Source of the DNA: Phaeosaccion multiseriatum
Taxonomy: Eukaryota > Protista > Ochrophyta, other classes
DNA length: 64,000 nt
Direction of reading: 5' to 3'
Assembly (NCBI GenBank): GCA_965112735.1
Contig: OZ218950.1
Coordinates: 1,426,001 to 1,490,000 of the forward strand
Part shown: positions 60,730 through 64,000 of the stretch, one piece after another
Position numbering within the stretch: position 1 is the stretch's first letter
Layout of the letters: each line of letters opens with the position of its first letter
Notes under the pieces: generated by a model
What the model saw: the letters and a program-made list of their open reading frames with translations, nothing else
Told to the model about the DNA's origin: nothing
The model's database searches: none
Made by a program: the position numbers and the translations under genes

Positions 60730-63700
60730 ATGTTCACGGTGTCCCCTGATGCTGCTGCCGCTACTGCGGAGGCTGCTACGGAGGCTGCTGCGGAGGCTGC
60801 TGCTGAGGCAGAAGCGGAGGCAGATGCTCGCCTACTCAAGGCGCGCCGCGCCCTTCGGCGCGCCGTGGACAGGTTGGAGAAGGACAGCAGTTGCATCAGC
60901 GACGATGCGCAGCTGCTTCTGCTACTCAACGATCTCCGGGGCGAACTACTGCCGGCCCCGACACCTCCGGTAGTAGGCAGCAACAGGAGCAATCGCGAAG
61001 GGGGGGGGGGGGCGGGGGGTGTTATCGACGTGCGATGGGAGCTGGTAGAGACCTTCTGGCTGTGTGCTCTGCAGCAACTCTGCGATTGTCTGGACGTAGT
61101 CAGGCAGCAGGAAGGGGACCAATCAGCAGCACAAGCAGCACAAGCAGCACAGCCAGCAAGGGCAGGGAAGCCCCTCACCAAAGCCAAACAGCAACAGGGG
61201 CTCCCGGGTCGACAGCAGCCACCGAAGGCTCCCAGAGGCCTTCTTAGCCTGCTGGACTTCGCCTCCATCAACGTAGTGAGTGTTTAGTCTCCTTCTGTAG
61301 TGATATACTCTTTTTCTTAGCCTGCGGGACGCGCTATCAATGTGGTGTGTCTCCTCCGTCCGTGCGGCTGTGTTCTTATTTTGGCGCTGCCATCCTGGAT
61401 ATCCTGTCTTCGCAACTGTACAGAGTCTGTGCCTACGATTCCTGAGGAGAGGAAGGACCTCATGCTCTCCGTCCTGCTGCCCTCACACATTCACTACCTT
61501 CTGTCATCCCACTCTTATCCCCCTCCGACACCCCGCCTAACTACCCCCACCACCACAACCACCACCAGGCGATTGAAGTGGTGCTCTATTGGGGTCTCTA
61601 CCCCTGTCTGGAGAGAGGCCTGGTACCTGCCGACCCCGCTCGGCGGCAACAGTCTCAATCCACCAAAGTTCCCATCAAGCTGCTTATGTGGGGCCTAAAG
61701 CTCCCGCTGCCTATTATTTCAAATGATGATGATGGTCCTGATGCTAAGTTGCGCAGCAGAGATCAAGACCAAGACGAAGAGAGGGCCCGGAGGGCGTGGC
61801 GTATTGTGAAGGTGCTGCAGCGTGTGGCCGAGGAGCCTCACTTTACGACAATGCTCTTGCCTCGCTTCCTACCGGACATAATGGCTGCGTGGCTGCAGCT
61901 AGCGTTCGGCTATAATTACCGCCACAGTCCAACCTCGAGCACGGTAGCTTTGAGGGCTGATGCACCGGGAGCCGCAGGAACAGGAACAGAAGGAGGAGGA
62001 GGAGGAGGAGGAGTGCGTGTATGCCACCTCTCTACTGAGCGGCGAGCCATGGCGACAGAAGCGCTGCACAGGGAGGTGGAGAGAGTGGGGCCCCGTACGG
62101 CCCTTCCAGCTCTCAGACAGCTTCTAGCGAGGGATCGGCAAGTAGCAGCAGCTGCTGCAGCAGCAGTTGGTGATTCAGCAGCAGGGGAGGCGACAACTGG
62201 TGGAACTCTAGGTCCAACTGGGGGGCCGTCCACTTCTGCATCTGCCTCTGCTGCGAGTGGCTCTGTCTCTGCCTCCCGCTTTAGGGGCTGTGGGTGGCTC
62301 CGAGGAGAGGCGGGTACACTAATGTCGAGGCTTGTTCTCCGGCCGGGGGGCGTGGAGGCCACGTTGCATCTGTTCTTGGGAGGCATGGGTGAAGTCGAAA
62401 ACACGCAGGCGATTGACAAAGTGGCAGGTCTGCTGGCGGCGGCTCCGAAGGGCATAGGTGAGGAGGGAAGAGAGAGGAGGAGGGCACGTCTAATGGGAGT
62501 GTTAGAGAGGCTCATAGAGAGAAGAGAGTGGGTGGGTGCGGTGTCTATTGCATGACACGTCCTACGTCTTCCTGCCCTTCCCTGTCTATGCAGGTAAGGA
62601 CGAGTATGTGGCGGCGGTTGCCCCCCAGCTTCTTCAGCTTGTGCGCTACGAGGGCCCGAAGGTTAGAGACTCAGTGGACCTCCACCCTCCTTTGGAGATC
62701 AGCTTTCACTCAGACTCTCGCAAACACACTCACCCACCTACCTACCTGCCTACCTACCTACCTACGTACCTACTAATATACCCATCCTCACGCCCTCTCC
62801 CTGTGATGCTACTACGTTCTGTTACATGTGCACCAACGAGCAGGGCGTGGTAGTGGCCCGTGTGGTGGCGTTGGTGGTGGGGAAACTCTCCGAGAGCATG
62901 ACCGCCAGCTGTGAGGACCTCGTCCTTCGGCCCTTACTCGCCCCCTTCAGCGCCATCGTGCCATCAGCAGCAGCAGCACCAGCAGTTGGTGATACTGCAG
63001 CAGGAGCAGTTGGTGATACCCCTGTATCGTCAAGAGGTGCGGAGACCACTCAACGTCTAGGCTCGGATACCCGTCGATCGCAGGGTTCATCAAGCGACTG
63101 CTCCTGGCGCCAAGTCTCTTCGGAAGAAGAGGTGGCCACTTGTATGGCGTGTGTGGAGAAGCTCTTGCTCTCCGGTCCACCCCACGCGGCGTTGATCGAC
63201 TCGTTGTGCCGAGTGGGGCTCGTAGGGGTCTTGTTCCGTCTCTACTGCTTTTGCGCCCTTGACTTTAAGCTCTGCAATCTTCTCTCTTCCTGCCGGGCGC
63301 TCCTGACCTATCTCCTGACGCACCGCACAGAGCAGGCGTGTCAAGGGGTGGTAGAGTGTTTGGAGACCGTGGCAGGGAGGGGCAGGGGTAGCGTAGGCAG
63401 CAGCGGCAGCAGAGGCAGCAGTGGCAGCAGCGGAAACGGGGGCGGAGGCGGAGGCGGCGCCTCAGAGGCTAGGAATGGTGACCATCGCTTCGCTCCTGGG
63501 GGAACGGGGGGTGCAGTTGTGCAGGTGCGGATCAGCAGCAGCAGCAGTAGTGGTGGTAGTAGTAATAGTAGTAGTAGCCACAGCAACCTCTTCTCTTCGG
63601 CGAGCAGCAGGCCGGGCGAGGAGGAAGGCACTGACGCGATAGGAGGTATCTTGGGGGAATTACTGGGGGCGCAGATGGGGCTCGGATTGGGCTTGGAGGG

Positions 63701-64000
63701 AGCAGGATTGGGAAGGGAGGTGGAGGAAGAGGTGGGGCGGTTGCTGGCTGCTCGAGTCGGCTCTATGCAGGCAGCGGAGCAGCGAGCGACAGCAGTGGCG
63801 GATCTGCTGGCAGGGCTTCCCGAGGACTGCGTTGCGGCGGGAAATGTATTCGCCAGCCTGTTGGAGAGATACTTGGTGCTCAAGCAGCAGGAGGAGAACC
63901 AACAGCAACGGTTAATACAGCAGGAGGAAGCAGAGACCGACAGGGCGGCTGTGGGATCGGAAATAGTGGCGGTGATGGTGGCCGTAATGGCGGAGAAGAT
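60730..64000 (+). CDS. TANGO6/Rtp1-like armadillo-repeat protein (5' part; continues beyond the window)
   Basis: Approximate exons: 60730-61275, 61569-62457, 62594-62661, 62844->64000. Recognisable segments: LLSLLDF..IEVVLYWGLYPCLERGL, LLPRFLPDIMAAWLQL, LMSRLVLRPGGVEATL, VAGLLAAAPKG..EYVAAVAPQLLQL. Confidence 0.72.

Larger units (their letters stand above)
792..63021. repeat. Dispersed 15-bp repeat family CAGTTGGTGATACAG / CTGTATCACCAACTG
   Basis: Exact copies at 792, 3205, 3662, 6660, 7744, 8548, 8578, 10507, 10880, 14055, 16476, 17752, 27362 and 57900. Near-exact copies at about 1833, 1851, 2119, 2343, 2664, 2968, 3632, 3804, 3844, 4532, 5850, 6216, 7652, 8563, 9149, 10042, 10129, 11587, 17783, 24986, 41967, 48417, 62164, 62983 and 63007. 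Confidence 0.92.

Noticed and set aside
792-63021. AVSPTA/AVGDTA as a conserved protein motif (e.g. a phosphosite)
   Set aside because: The same DNA is read in three frames, on both strands, and also occurs in introns, so the constraint is at nucleotide level.
53308-64000. Functional cluster of RPC34 with TANGO6/Rtp1 (RNA polymerase assembly)
   Set aside because: They are separated by POR, and the known Rtp1 role concerns Pol II. Proximity alone is not evidence.

Overview
Nuclear DNA of a GC-rich, microsatellite-saturated, intron-rich photosynthetic eukaryote. It is most likely an ochrophyte (stramenopile) alga, because several proteins carry a signal peptide plus an ASAFAP-like plastid-targeting motif. 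I reconstructed 11 protein genes by hand from GT-AG boundaries; exon limits are approximate. In order: (1) a giant low-complexity Tudor-domain protein running off the left edge, (2) a PsbP-domain lumen protein, (3) a degenerate ABC1/UbiB kinase, (4) a ~2,800-aa protein with 14 tandem ~110-120-aa repeats and a poly-Glu tail, (5) a coiled-coil protein, (6) a membrane-anchored Tudor protein, (7) a DUF1537 sugar-acid kinase fused to a class II aldolase, (8) an RRM + CCR4-like EEP nuclease with a plastid-type leader, (9) RNA Pol III subunit RPC34, (10) light-dependent protochlorophyllide reductase and (11) a TANGO6-like gene running off the right edge. Genes are arranged as tight head-to-head pairs. 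The most unusual signal is the 15-mer CAGTTGGTGATACAG. I counted 14 exact and about 24 near-exact copies by eye, on both strands, in exons and introns of at least 8 unrelated genes, translated in three different reading frames (AVSPTA, AVGDTA, QLVIQ). Three further short motif families (TCCACTGCCA, GGTGTCAGGAC, CTGCCCATATGCCT) also occur both as tandem arrays and as dispersed copies. I saw no rRNA, tRNA, CRISPR array or transposase. Most ORFs in the supplied track are microsatellite artefacts.
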